From positions 1-39,737 of the forward strand of contig DYFC01000049.1 of the NCBI GenBank assembly GCA_020725385.1: a stretch of DNA of 39,737 nt. The letters run 5' to 3'. This document shows, piece after piece, positions 18,116 through 27,335 of the stretch (position 1 is the first letter of the stretch; each line of letters starts with the position of its first letter). Below the pieces are notes generated by a model. It was not told the DNA's origin. It made no database searches and was given only the letters and a program-made list of their open reading frames with translations. The position numbers and the translations under genes were made by a program. The stretch comes from Nitrospira japonica. GTDB taxonomy: Bacteria > Nitrospirota > Thermodesulfovibrionia > Thermodesulfovibrionales > SM23-35.

Positions 18116-18707
18116 TGATAGACAAAAGGATGCAATAACCGAGGTAATAAATATAGCTTTTGGACGTGCTGCTGATTCTCTATCGCAGATTACAGGACAA
18201 AGAGTTCTACTTGAGGTTCCAAAAATTTCTATATTACCGATATCTCAATTAGTGGAAGCCCTGTCAGAATACGTTAAGGGAGAACTTGTAACGATTCACC
18301 AGATTTTTACCGGAACAGTTAGTGGTGATGCGATGTTATTGCTCGATTATCAGAGTGCTCTCGAATTAAATAACCTTCTTTCAGAAGAGACTTTGAAAAT
18401 TGAAAGGATAACAGGCTCTGCACGGGATATCTTAACGGAAGTCGGAAACATTATACTTAATGCCTGTCTTGGAACATTCAGTAATCTTTTACATTTTAAA
18501 ATTTTATTCTCTGTCCCGAGATTACAGTTAAGTGAACTGGACACTATGATGAACTCGATTGTAATAGGCCAGGAAGAGATAAGATATGCAATGGTTGTTA
18601 CAGCAAAGTTCAGGGTTAAAGATAACGAAGTCGGAGGATATATGATAATAGTTCTTGGAGTAGCATCTCTTGATGTATTGATAAATGCTATTGATAAATT
18701 AGGGTGA
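18105..18707 (+). CDS. cheC: CheC-family phosphatase
   Basis: Two ExxN motifs (TEVINI, TEVGNI); overlaps the end of the CheY-like gene. Confidence 0.88.
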   Translation: MIIDDRQKDAITEVINIAFGRAADSLSQITGQRVLLEVPKISILPISQLVEALSEYVKGELVTIHQIFTGTVSGDAMLLLDYQSALELNNLLSEETLKIERITGSARDILTEVGNIILNACLGTFSNLLHFKILFSVPRLQLSELDTMMNSIVIGQEEIRYAMVVTAKFRVKDNEVGGYMIIVLGVASLDVLINAIDKLG

Positions 18708-18713
18708 TACTTA

Positions 18714-20381
18714 ATGCAGGAACTGATTAATAAAGATTTATTCAGTCTGGCAATCTTGAACTGGATCGACAAGATTGCCGATCAGGGGATATTCGCAACA
18801 GACACTGAATTAATAATCCGGAGCTGGAACTTATGGCTTGAAAGACAAACAGGTAAATTATCCAAAGAAATGATTGGCAAGAAGCTCTTCGAAGTTTATC
18901 CAGAACTTTCTGTAAAGAATATGAGTACATACTATATGGAAGCATTGAAAGGACAGGTAACGGTTCTTTCCCAGAGATTTCACAAATATCTTATACCTAT
19001 AAAACTTTCAAAGAGCGAGGCATTTTTTGAGCATATGCAGCAGAATGTAAAAATAGCTCCTTTAGTTGATGATGACAAAATTGTCGGAACAATTACTGTA
19101 ATTCAGGATATTACCGAAAGATTGCTCAGAGAACTTGAGCTTAAGAAAGAAAAAGATGAATGGGAGATGACATTTAATGCCTTACCCGATTTAATTGCTA
19201 TTATTGATAAAGATTATCGTATGTTAAAGATTAATAAGGCAATGGCAGAAAAATTAGGAATTTCTCAGGAAAGAGCAAAAGGTCTTTACTGTTATGAATA
19301 CGTTCATAGGAATAAATTTCAACCCGAACTATGTCCGCATAGAAGAACAATTTTAGAGGGAAAAACCTTCACAGAAGAAATCTACGAAGAAAATCTCGGG
19401 GGGTATTATTTAATATCAACTTCTCCAATATACGATGAAAAAGGCTTAATCAGGGGTTCAGTACATATCGCACATGATATTACCAAAAGAAAGCTCGCAG
19501 AAGAAAAACTGAAGGAATCAGAAGAAATATTCAGGGATTTCCTTGAAAATGCTCATGAACTAATACAGAGTGTTAATGAAAGCGGAAGATTTCTTTATGT
19601 TAACAAAAGGTGGAAAGAAGTTCTTGGCTACACCGACGAAGAAATAAAACATTTAACTTTGAAAGATATATTAAAACCAGAGAGCTATGAAAATTGCATA
19701 AAAAAATTTGAAGAGACAAAAAGCGGAAAAGTTCTGGAAAATGTTGAAGCTATATTTATAACAAAATATGGAGATGAAATTATTGCAGAAGGGAATATAA
19801 GTCCGCAGATTAAAAACGGGAAATTTATTTGTACAAGAGCTATTTTCAGAGATATAAGCATTCATAAAAGGATTGAAGAAACACTGCGGGCTCTATCAGT
19901 GCTGGATGCTCTTACAGGTTTATATAACAGAAGGGGTTTTGCTGCTATTGCAAGACAGCAACTCGAACTTGCTATCAGAATGAAAAGAAATGCAATTATG
20001 TTTTTTATAGATATAGACGGGATGAAATGGATTAACGATAATCTTGGCCATTCAGAAGGAGATAATGCGCTAATTGATACTGCTAATATCTTAAAGCAGA
20101 CCTTCAGGACATCAGATGTAATTGGAAGAATTGGTGGAGATGAGTTTGTTGTTTTTGCAATGAATATTGGCAAAGATAATGCGAAAATACTCTTTAAACG
20201 TCTTAATCAGAACGTTAATAATCTAAATAAACTTAAAAAACGTCCTTATAAATTATCTTTAAGCACAGGATTTACTGATATTGATATAGGACATCCTCCC
20301 ACTCTTGAAGAAATGATCCGGAAAGCAGATAATATTATGTATGAACAAAAAAAGAAAAAGAAAATTCAGAGGATAAATTGA
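18714..20381 (+). CDS. Triple-PAS diguanylate cyclase
   Basis: Three PAS/PAC segments, DALTGLYNRR, DIDGMKWIND.LGH..GD, RTSD I-site, GGDEF. Confidence 0.93.
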   Translation: MQELINKDLFSLAILNWIDKIADQGIFATDTELIIRSWNLWLERQTGKLSKEMIGKKLFEVYPELSVKNMSTYYMEALKGQVTVLSQRFHKYLIPIKLSKSEAFFEHMQQNVKIAPLVDDDKIVGTITVIQDITERLLRELELKKEKDEWEMTFNALPDLIAIIDKDYRMLKINKAMAEKLGISQERAKGLYCYEYVHRNKFQPELCPHRRTILEGKTFTEEIYEENLGGYYLISTSPIYDEKGLIRGSVHIAHDITKRKLAEEKLKESEEIFRDFLENAHELIQSVNESGRFLYVNKRWKEVLGYTDEEIKHLTLKDILKPESYENCIKKFEETKSGKVLENVEAIFITKYGDEIIAEGNISPQIKNGKFICTRAIFRDISIHKRIEETLRALSVLDALTGLYNRRGFAAIARQQLELAIRMKRNAIMFFIDIDGMKWINDNLGHSEGDNALIDTANILKQTFRTSDVIGRIGGDEFVVFAMNIGKDNAKILFKRLNQNVNNLNKLKKRPYKLSLSTGFTDIDIGHPPTLEEMIRKADNIMYEQKKKKKIQRIN

Positions 20382-20442
20382 GTGTCGAGTTAATTCATTA
20401 ATGATAACAATACATTTTGATTATTAATGGGGCTTTGATCAA

Positions 20443-21534
20443 GTGAATACTTCACCTGATTTTTTCAAAAAGATAAATACAATACTTGTTGTGGATGACG
20501 AAGCTTTTATGAGAGAATCTATATCTGATTTTCTCAAAGAGTATGGTTTCAATATAATTACAAGTCCGGATGCAACTGATGCACTCAATATTATTAAATC
20601 TGATGGTTCCATTGACATAATACTTTCAGATATAAGGATGCCGGGTATCAGCGGGATAGAACTTCTTGAAAGAATACATTCTTTAAGTCCTGAAAAACCA
20701 GTTATTCTTATGACTGCTTATGCAGATCTCGATGTAGCAATAGATGCGATTAGAAAAGGAGCTTTTGATTTCTTAATAAAACCCTACAAACCCGAGTACC
20801 TGCTGCATATTATTGAAAAAGCTGTTAATAACATAAAGCTTAAGATAATTGAGAAGGATTACAGAAGCATGCTCGAACATACTGTTAATGAGAGAACAAA
20901 AGAACTTGTTGATGCTTTGCAAATGGTTAAGCATATGAGCGAAGAATTAATGCAGAGATTAACAATTGTTGCTGAATACCGTGATGAAGAAACAGGAATG
21001 CACATCAAAAGAGTGGGGCTTTATGCAAAACAGATTGCTATTAATTTGAAATTACCCGAAGATTTCATTGAAATAATATCATTCGCCTGCCCAATGCATG
21101 ACATAGGTAAAGTCGGGATACCGGATCATATATTACTAAAACCTGGGCCCCTCAATGAAGAGGAATTCAATATCATGAAGATGCATCCTTCTATTGGCGC
21201 CAGCATTCTCTCGGGCTCAAAACATTATGGAATTCAAATTGCTGCATCGATAGCACTAACACACCATGAGAGATGGGATGGTACCGGCTATCCTAACGGC
21301 CTTAAGGGCGACCAGATACCCATAGAAGGAAGAATAGCCATGCTTTGCGATCAATATGATGCTTTAAGGAGCAAAAGACCTTACCGTGACTCATTAAGTC
21401 ATGAAATAGCATATAAAATAATAACCGAAGGTGATGGCAGGACCGAGCCCAAACATTTTGATCCAGCTATTTTAAAAGCATTTAAGGAAACTGCTTCTAT
21501 TTTTGATGAGATCTACGAACAACACAAGGATTAA
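20443..21534 (+). CDS. REC - HD-GYP cyclic-di-GMP phosphodiesterase (RpfG-like)
   Basis: [47 protein letters not shown]. Confidence 0.93.
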   Translation: MNTSPDFFKKINTILVVDDEAFMRESISDFLKEYGFNIITSPDATDALNIIKSDGSIDIILSDIRMPGISGIELLERIHSLSPEKPVILMTAYADLDVAIDAIRKGAFDFLIKPYKPEYLLHIIEKAVNNIKLKIIEKDYRSMLEHTVNERTKELVDALQMVKHMSEELMQRLTIVAEYRDEETGMHIKRVGLYAKQIAINLKLPEDFIEIISFACPMHDIGKVGIPDHILLKPGPLNEEEFNIMKMHPSIGASILSGSKHYGIQIAASIALTHHERWDGTGYPNGLKGDQIPIEGRIAMLCDQYDALRSKRPYRDSLSHEIAYKIITEGDGRTEPKHFDPAILKAFKETASIFDEIYEQHKD

Positions 21535-21623
21535 TTAAACCCTTCCTTTCTGAGAAATAATCATTGAAGCATTTGCTAAAATTTGTTATATTATGAAAAT
21601 AATTTTCAAGGGAGGAATTTGAA

Positions 21624-22628
21624 ATGAAAACGAGGGTTATGGTAATGTTGGCCATTGTCATCCTTTTCGGGGCAGGAATTGCTCTTACAATTGCAGAGGA
21701 TACACTTGACCCAAAGATTGTAATAAGAACTGCAAAAACAATGTATTTACTTGACCCTTTTTATTGGGTTTACAGTGCATCAAAATTTACTTTGCCCGGC
21801 CCAGGTAAAGTAAATCTACATTATTGGCCTGAAGAAGGACATGACATTACTGTGGATTTTTCTGTTACAGGAGTCAATTCAGGCGAGGCTCTTACTTTTG
21901 CAGTGAATGGTTTAACTTCTCCTAAAAGCGGCTTCTTAACAGAAGTAGGTTCAGGTATATATAAAGGCTCATTTGTTGTCAGTGAATCAGATGTTGGTGG
22001 AGAAGCTTTTAAACCCGGTATATTAGATAACTCTAACAAACCGGTCGTACCTAAAAATATTACTCTTTCGGTTTTTAAAACAATTCCTGATAGCGGTATG
22101 GTTTTAATTGCTCAAAGAGATGTATTTATAAATAGATGGGGATGTGATAGATGTCATTTAAGTAAAGATATTGCAATGCAAGTTTATCCTTGGTGTGAAC
22201 CAACAGGAGGTCTTTATGGCCCGCATTATTGGATTAATATTCTCGGAAGAAACGATGGAAGGCCGGGATTTACATACCAAAATCTAACCGATGCGACACT
22301 TACACATACTCCTACGGTTGGTGGATATGTGAATGGTATATATAAAACAAATCCACTTGATAGGCCGCCATATCATTTAAAGACAAACCAGAAACAGGTA
22401 TGGTGGACTCAGGGCAACTTGAAATGCTCACCATGCCATCAAGGACATGATGACGCTGTATGTACTGTACGGAAACCAGGATTCTGGGCTGGTGCTGGCA
22501 ATGAACTAAGTAGAGAAAAATCACTTGATGTAAAATGCAGCTACTGCCATGGCATTGATGGTGGATATGTTCCTTCAGACCCTAACAAACCTAAATGGGA
22601 AGACTGGAATATGTATAGCTGGCAATAA
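21624..22628 (+). CDS. Secreted/periplasmic multiheme (3x CxxCH) cytochrome c
   Basis: Signal peptide MKTRVMVMLAIVILFGAGIALTIA; CDRCH, CSPCH, CSYCH; SD GGGAGG. Confidence 0.8.
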   Translation: MKTRVMVMLAIVILFGAGIALTIAEDTLDPKIVIRTAKTMYLLDPFYWVYSASKFTLPGPGKVNLHYWPEEGHDITVDFSVTGVNSGEALTFAVNGLTSPKSGFLTEVGSGIYKGSFVVSESDVGGEAFKPGILDNSNKPVVPKNITLSVFKTIPDSGMVLIAQRDVFINRWGCDRCHLSKDIAMQVYPWCEPTGGLYGPHYWINILGRNDGRPGFTYQNLTDATLTHTPTVGGYVNGIYKTNPLDRPPYHLKTNQKQVWWTQGNLKCSPCHQGHDDAVCTVRKPGFWAGAGNELSREKSLDVKCSYCHGIDGGYVPSDPNKPKWEDWNMYSWQ

Positions 22629-22643
22629 AAAACTGGTTTTTGA

Positions 22644-22672
22644 TTGACAGATATGATCCATACTGTTAAACT
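22644..22672 (+). promoter_or_regulatory. Putative sigma70 promoter upstream of the slyD-like gene
   Basis: TTGACA-17 bp-TAAACT. Confidence 0.6.
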
Positions 22673-22728
22673 GAATATATAAATCTACATAGTTTAAGCT
22701 TGTCCAATATTTTAAAAATTGGTTGAGC

Positions 22729-22771
22729 AGTCGAACTCTGAACAATGCTCAGAGTTCGACTTTTGTTTTTT
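22729..22771 (+). terminator. Rho-independent terminator-like hairpin just upstream of the slyD-like RBS
   Basis: 13-bp perfect stem AGTCGAACTCTGA/TCAGAGTTCGACT, 7-nt loop, TTTGTTTTTT tail. Confidence 0.75.
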
Positions 22772-22785
22772 AGAAAGGAGAAAAA

Positions 22786-23214
22786 ATGGAAAAGGCAAAA
22801 ATTGGTGATACCGTTCAGGTTCATTACACGGGCAAACTACATGACGGAACTATATTTGATAGCTCTATAAGCAGGGAACCGCTTGAGTTTAGAATTGGAG
22901 AGGGAAGACTTATACCAGATTTTGAATCCGCAGTAGTTGGAATGAATATTAATGAATCAAAAACTATAACAATTGAAAGCGAAAAGGCATACGGTCCTCA
23001 TATTCAGGAATTGGTTGTTACTATTGATAGAGAACGGTTACCGCTTACTGTGCAACCCGAAATCGGACAGCATTTTCAACTTCAGAGTCCTGATGGCAGA
23101 ACATTTGTAGCAGAAGTTACAAATATTACAGAAAAAGCCGTAACTTTCGATGCTAATCACCCTCTCGCAGGCAAAGATTTAATTTTTGACATCGAACTAG
23201 TTGCAATTATATAA
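22786..23214 (+). CDS. slyD: FKBP-type peptidyl-prolyl cis-trans isomerase (SlyD/SlpA-like, no His-rich tail)
   Basis: VHYTG, FDSS, EKAYG, DANHPLAGKDL. Confidence 0.9.
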   Translation: MEKAKIGDTVQVHYTGKLHDGTIFDSSISREPLEFRIGEGRLIPDFESAVVGMNINESKTITIESEKAYGPHIQELVVTIDRERLPLTVQPEIGQHFQLQSPDGRTFVAEVTNITEKAVTFDANHPLAGKDLIFDIELVAII

Positions 23215-23545
23215 CCTTAAAATTCATTATCTAAGATATTAAGTTAACAAGAAATAAATTATAAAAGCATAGAGTAAAGTGTGAAGAACAAAAAACAGCC
23301 CGCTTCAATGGGATACCTTTCTTGATAAACTCAAAAAATGCAAATTGAAGTAATGTAGAGGTTGTGGAAAAATTTATTCTTTGATCACAACCCCATTATT
23401 TCCTCTTTTCTAAGGAGGATTTTTTAGTTTTTTTATAGTCTGATGTCTATGACATTATGTCTGAAGTCTCTTTAAAGTGAAATATCTGCATTCCATAGTC
23501 AACTATTTTTGATAAACATAAAATTATGGTATTCTAATTTAGACA

Positions 23546-24622
23546 ATGGAAAATAAATTTTATATTGAGCGCACTTTAAGACTTGCCAAAAAAGCAGCAG
23601 GGTTTACAAGCCCGAATCCAATGGTTGGTGCTTTATTGATTAAAAACAATCAAATAATAGCTGAAGACTATCACAAAAAGCCCGGGACACCTCATGCAGA
23701 AGCACTTGTATTATCCAGAGCAGGAGAAAAATCAAAAGGCTCAACTCTATATGTAAATCTTGAACCTTGTTGTCATACTGATAAAAGAACACCTCCTTGC
23801 ACTAAGGCTATAATAAATGCAGGGATTAAAAAAGTCGTAATTGCAATGCTTGACCCGAATCCAAAAGTAGCCGGTAAAGGTGTAGAAGAATTATCCGATG
23901 CTGGTATCGAAGTAATTCATGGAATTCTCGAGGATAAGGCAAAAAAATTAAATGAAGCATATATTAAATACATAACAACTAAAAAACCTTTTTTTACTCT
24001 TAAAATTGCAATGACACTCGATGGGAAAATCGCTACTCCCGAAGGTCAATCGAAATGGATTACAGGCGAGAAATCACGAAAATTAGTCCACCGAATTAGA
24101 AGCAGTTCAGATGCCGTAATGACAGCTATTGGAACGGTTAAAGCTGATGATCCCCGGCTTACTGCAAGAATAAAAAGAGGCAAAAACCCTATACGCATTG
24201 TTATCGATCCAGAACTTCAAATACCATTAAACTCACAAATTTTAAAGACCCCACCAGAAACCATTATTGTTACTAAGAATAATAATCCTCATATAGCAGA
24301 ATTTGAAAGATTAAATATTGAACTAATCAATTTTAATGATAAACTTGATCTAAATTGGCTTGCATCAGAACTCGGAAAGCGTGAAATAACCTCTGTTCTT
24401 CTTGAAGGCGGCTCATCTTTTAATTCTTATGTATTAGAACATGGTATTGTTGACAAAGTGATGTTTTTCATTGCTCCAAAAATTATTGGCGGAAAAGACT
24501 CTTTTCCGGCTGTAGGAGGCAAGTTATTTAAAAGATTGGAAGATGCGTATAATATTACAGATATAAAAGTTAAGAAAATAGGTTCTGATATATTAGTCGA
24601 AGGTTATTTAAAAAAATCTTGA
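23546..24622 (+). CDS. ribD: Riboflavin biosynthesis deaminase/reductase
   Basis: SPNPMVG, HAE, LEPCCH...PPC, TLDGKIA, SKWIT, DDPRL, LEGG. Confidence 0.96.
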   Translation: MENKFYIERTLRLAKKAAGFTSPNPMVGALLIKNNQIIAEDYHKKPGTPHAEALVLSRAGEKSKGSTLYVNLEPCCHTDKRTPPCTKAIINAGIKKVVIAMLDPNPKVAGKGVEELSDAGIEVIHGILEDKAKKLNEAYIKYITTKKPFFTLKIAMTLDGKIATPEGQSKWITGEKSRKLVHRIRSSSDAVMTAIGTVKADDPRLTARIKRGKNPIRIVIDPELQIPLNSQILKTPPETIIVTKNNNPHIAEFERLNIELINFNDKLDLNWLASELGKREITSVLLEGGSSFNSYVLEHGIVDKVMFFIAPKIIGGKDSFPAVGGKLFKRLEDAYNITDIKVKKIGSDILVEGYLKKS

Positions 24623-24669
24623 GTCTAAATTCTATATTTTGTCGTATATTATTATGAAGGGGGTAGTAT

Positions 24670-26019
24670 ATGAATGAAAAAAATATAATAATCATAGACA
24701 CTGATAATGAAACAACTTTGAAAATTAAGACCGTTCTTGAATCCGAAGGATATATAATTCATAATACCTCTGGCAAATCTGAAAGCTTATCCCTTGCAAA
24801 AAAACTCGTTCCATCTCTTATTTTTATTAACATCGCTATGCGTGATGTAAGCGGACTTGAGATCGCAAAAGCTATTCATGATACTGATACACTTTCAAAA
24901 ATCCCGATAATAATTATCACTCCTCATGGTGGAACTGTTGAACCCCGCTATACAGAAATGTACGGAATAGTGGATTTTCTGAAAAGATCCTTCACACCCG
25001 AAGAACTAATTTCAAAAGTAATTGATATAACCGAAACCCAACCTGAAATTGATAAAGTGGATGAAAAAGAAGTTTCAGATTTATCCGATGTAAAAACAAT
25101 AGGGCTTCACGAAGAGCCTGCTGAAATAGAGATTCCAATTGAGACTACAGCTTATTCTGAAGATACAAAATTCCAATCGGTTCTTATTGAAGAACAAAAG
25201 ATGAGTATAGAAGAAGAAAAAGCAAAACCAGAAGATATGCCCATTCATGATACTCCGGTATCAGAAGGACAATCAATTGAATCAAAGGCTGAAACACCAT
25301 TGAATGAAGAAAAGATACCCGGGTCAGAATCATCCAAAGAAGATAATATAACTGGCATTGACACATCGTCTGATTTGGCTTCAGAGAATATATTAGAAGA
25401 ACCACTTGTTGAAAAAAGGTCTGAAACAAAAAGTATAGCTCTGATAGCATCTGCAATTGCTGTTTTTGTTTTAATCATAGGAGCAGGGCTTTATTTATTT
25501 AGCAGCTTCTCTAAAAAAAGTGAGGTATCTCCTCCTATGAAATCGCCTGTTCAGGAAAAAGATATAATCACTGAAAAAATACCGGAACAAGAAAAAACTT
25601 TAACTCAATCAGAAACAATTCCGGATACTTCTAAGATAAAGCCCCCTACTGAAAAACAACAAGAATATTCTAAAGAATCAGCCCATATAAAGACACCACA
25701 AAAAACAACTGAGCCTACAGGTAAACAAAAAACCTTGTCTAAAACTCCTCCAAGTACCGAAAAGAAAAAGATAAAACAATTTTATAGTGTTCAATTCGGG
25801 GTTTTTAAAAATGAAAATTTTGCCAGATCTTTTTCAAAAGAACTTTCGAAAAATAACCTTAATACCTTTATCGAAAAAACAACCGGAAAAAATAATTCTG
25901 TTTTATATAGAGTCTTATCCGGAAAGTTTGCAAATAAAAAAGAGGCCGAAAAGTTTGCAAAAGAAATTCTGTCTAAAAATAAAATCAAAACAGTGATATA
26001 TAAAGTAACGGAAAAATAA
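24670..26019 (+). CDS. Pseudo-receiver - acidic linker - TM - SPOR domain protein
   Basis: N-terminal REC fold (IIIIDTD...IFINIAM..SGLE), Glu-rich linker, TM IALIASAIAVFVLIIGAGLYLF, SPOR (YSVQFGVF..NFA...YRVLSGKF...EA). Confidence 0.8.
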   Translation: MNEKNIIIIDTDNETTLKIKTVLESEGYIIHNTSGKSESLSLAKKLVPSLIFINIAMRDVSGLEIAKAIHDTDTLSKIPIIIITPHGGTVEPRYTEMYGIVDFLKRSFTPEELISKVIDITETQPEIDKVDEKEVSDLSDVKTIGLHEEPAEIEIPIETTAYSEDTKFQSVLIEEQKMSIEEEKAKPEDMPIHDTPVSEGQSIESKAETPLNEEKIPGSESSKEDNITGIDTSSDLASENILEEPLVEKRSETKSIALIASAIAVFVLIIGAGLYLFSSFSKKSEVSPPMKSPVQEKDIITEKIPEQEKTLTQSETIPDTSKIKPPTEKQQEYSKESAHIKTPQKTTEPTGKQKTLSKTPPSTEKKKIKQFYSVQFGVFKNENFARSFSKELSKNNLNTFIEKTTGKNNSVLYRVLSGKFANKKEAEKFAKEILSKNKIKTVIYKVTEK

Positions 26020-26044
26020 TTACCAAATAATTATTTATAATAAA

Positions 26045-27274
26045 TTGCTAAGATTTTATAATACATTAAGCAAAAAAATAGAAGTTTTTAATCCTACAAA
26101 TAAGAATGTAGTTTCAATATTTACATGTGGTCCTTCTGTATATCAAAGATCTCATATAGGGAATTTCAGAACATTTCTTTTTGAAGATATTCTTTTGCGT
26201 TATCTTGAATTTTTGGGTTATAGCGTCGTACGGGGCATGAATTTCACAGACATCGAAGATAAGGCTATTCAAGAAGCTGATAAAAAAAATCTTCCTCTTA
26301 AAACAATTACCGAAAATAATATAAGAAAATTCATTCATGAGATGCAAATGTTAAGGATGAAAAAACCCGATTTTTTGCCGAGAGCATCAGAAAATATAGA
26401 TATAGCTATTGATATAATTGAAATTTTGCTTCAAAAAGGATTAGCTTACAAACATAAAAATAATATATATTTCGAAGCACTTAAATTCAAAGATTTCGGG
26501 AAACTCTACGGACTTGATCTTTCTAAATGGCCTGATAAGAAAAAACGCTTTCACAAAGATACATATCCTGGAGTTCAATGGAATCTCGGAGATTTTATTC
26601 TCTGGCATGGATGTAAAAAAAATGATAAATATTGCTGGAATTCCCCTTTTGGTCCCGGGAGACCCGCATGGAATATTCAGGACCCTTCGATGATTTTGAA
26701 ACATTTCTCCGAGACACTATCAATTTATTGTGGCGGAATTGACAATCTTTACAGACATCACGATTATAGTCTTGCCATAATTGAATCAATTAAACCATAT
26801 CCAATGGCAAAATACTGGCTCCATTGTCACCATCTTTATATTAACGGGGAAAAGATGTCTAAAAGTAAAGGTAATATTATTTATATTGACGACCTCATAA
26901 AAAAAGGATTTTCCATGACAGAAATAAGATGTTTTCTATTATGCGGTCATTACAGAGAAATACTTAATTATTCTGAGCCAAGTCTAAGAAATATTTCATT
27001 ACAACTGAAAATGGCAAGGGAAAAAGTTGCTGAAATTAATAATATCGCAAAAAAATATAAGAACCGGAACTTGTCGGTGACAAGTAAATATAATAGAAAG
27101 CTTATTGGCATCTTTAAACAAAATATGAATAATGATCTTCGTGTAAAAGAAGCTTTTATTGCAATCACAGATTCTGTCTTGAGAATCAATACTAATAAAT
27201 TAAAACCTGAAAATGCTTGTGAAATAATCCATGCACTTAAGAAAATCGACAAAGTACTTATGGTAATATTTTGA
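26045..27274 (+). CDS. Cysteinyl-tRNA synthetase-like paralogue (C-terminally truncated, altered active site)
   Basis: CGPSVY..SHIGN, TDIEDK, DFILW, GRPAW, KMSKS, HYR; 409 aa; TTG start. Confidence 0.85.
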   Translation: MLRFYNTLSKKIEVFNPTNKNVVSIFTCGPSVYQRSHIGNFRTFLFEDILLRYLEFLGYSVVRGMNFTDIEDKAIQEADKKNLPLKTITENNIRKFIHEMQMLRMKKPDFLPRASENIDIAIDIIEILLQKGLAYKHKNNIYFEALKFKDFGKLYGLDLSKWPDKKKRFHKDTYPGVQWNLGDFILWHGCKKNDKYCWNSPFGPGRPAWNIQDPSMILKHFSETLSIYCGGIDNLYRHHDYSLAIIESIKPYPMAKYWLHCHHLYINGEKMSKSKGNIIYIDDLIKKGFSMTEIRCFLLCGHYREILNYSEPSLRNISLQLKMAREKVAEINNIAKKYKNRNLSVTSKYNRKLIGIFKQNMNNDLRVKEAFIAITDSVLRINTNKLKPENACEIIHALKKIDKVLMVIF

Positions 27275-27318
27275 ATTTTAAGTTTTGAATATTGAGTCTT
27301 GAGTTTTGAGTTTTGAAT
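27270..27318. repeat. Heptamer tandem repeat, 7 copies of consensus TTTGA(A/G)T
   Basis: tttgaat tttaagt tttgaat attgagt cttgagt tttgagt tttgaat. Confidence 0.85.
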
Positions 27319-27335
27319 TTTTACAGGAGGTTAAT

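Noticed and set aside
23215-23545. FMN riboswitch upstream of ribD
   Set aside because: None of the conserved RFN sequence blocks is visible.
7531-27274. Functional link between the Sfp PPTase and the CysRS paralogue (amino acid:carrier protein ligase idea)
   Set aside because: They are about 18 kb apart with no carrier-protein gene in the window; no direct support.
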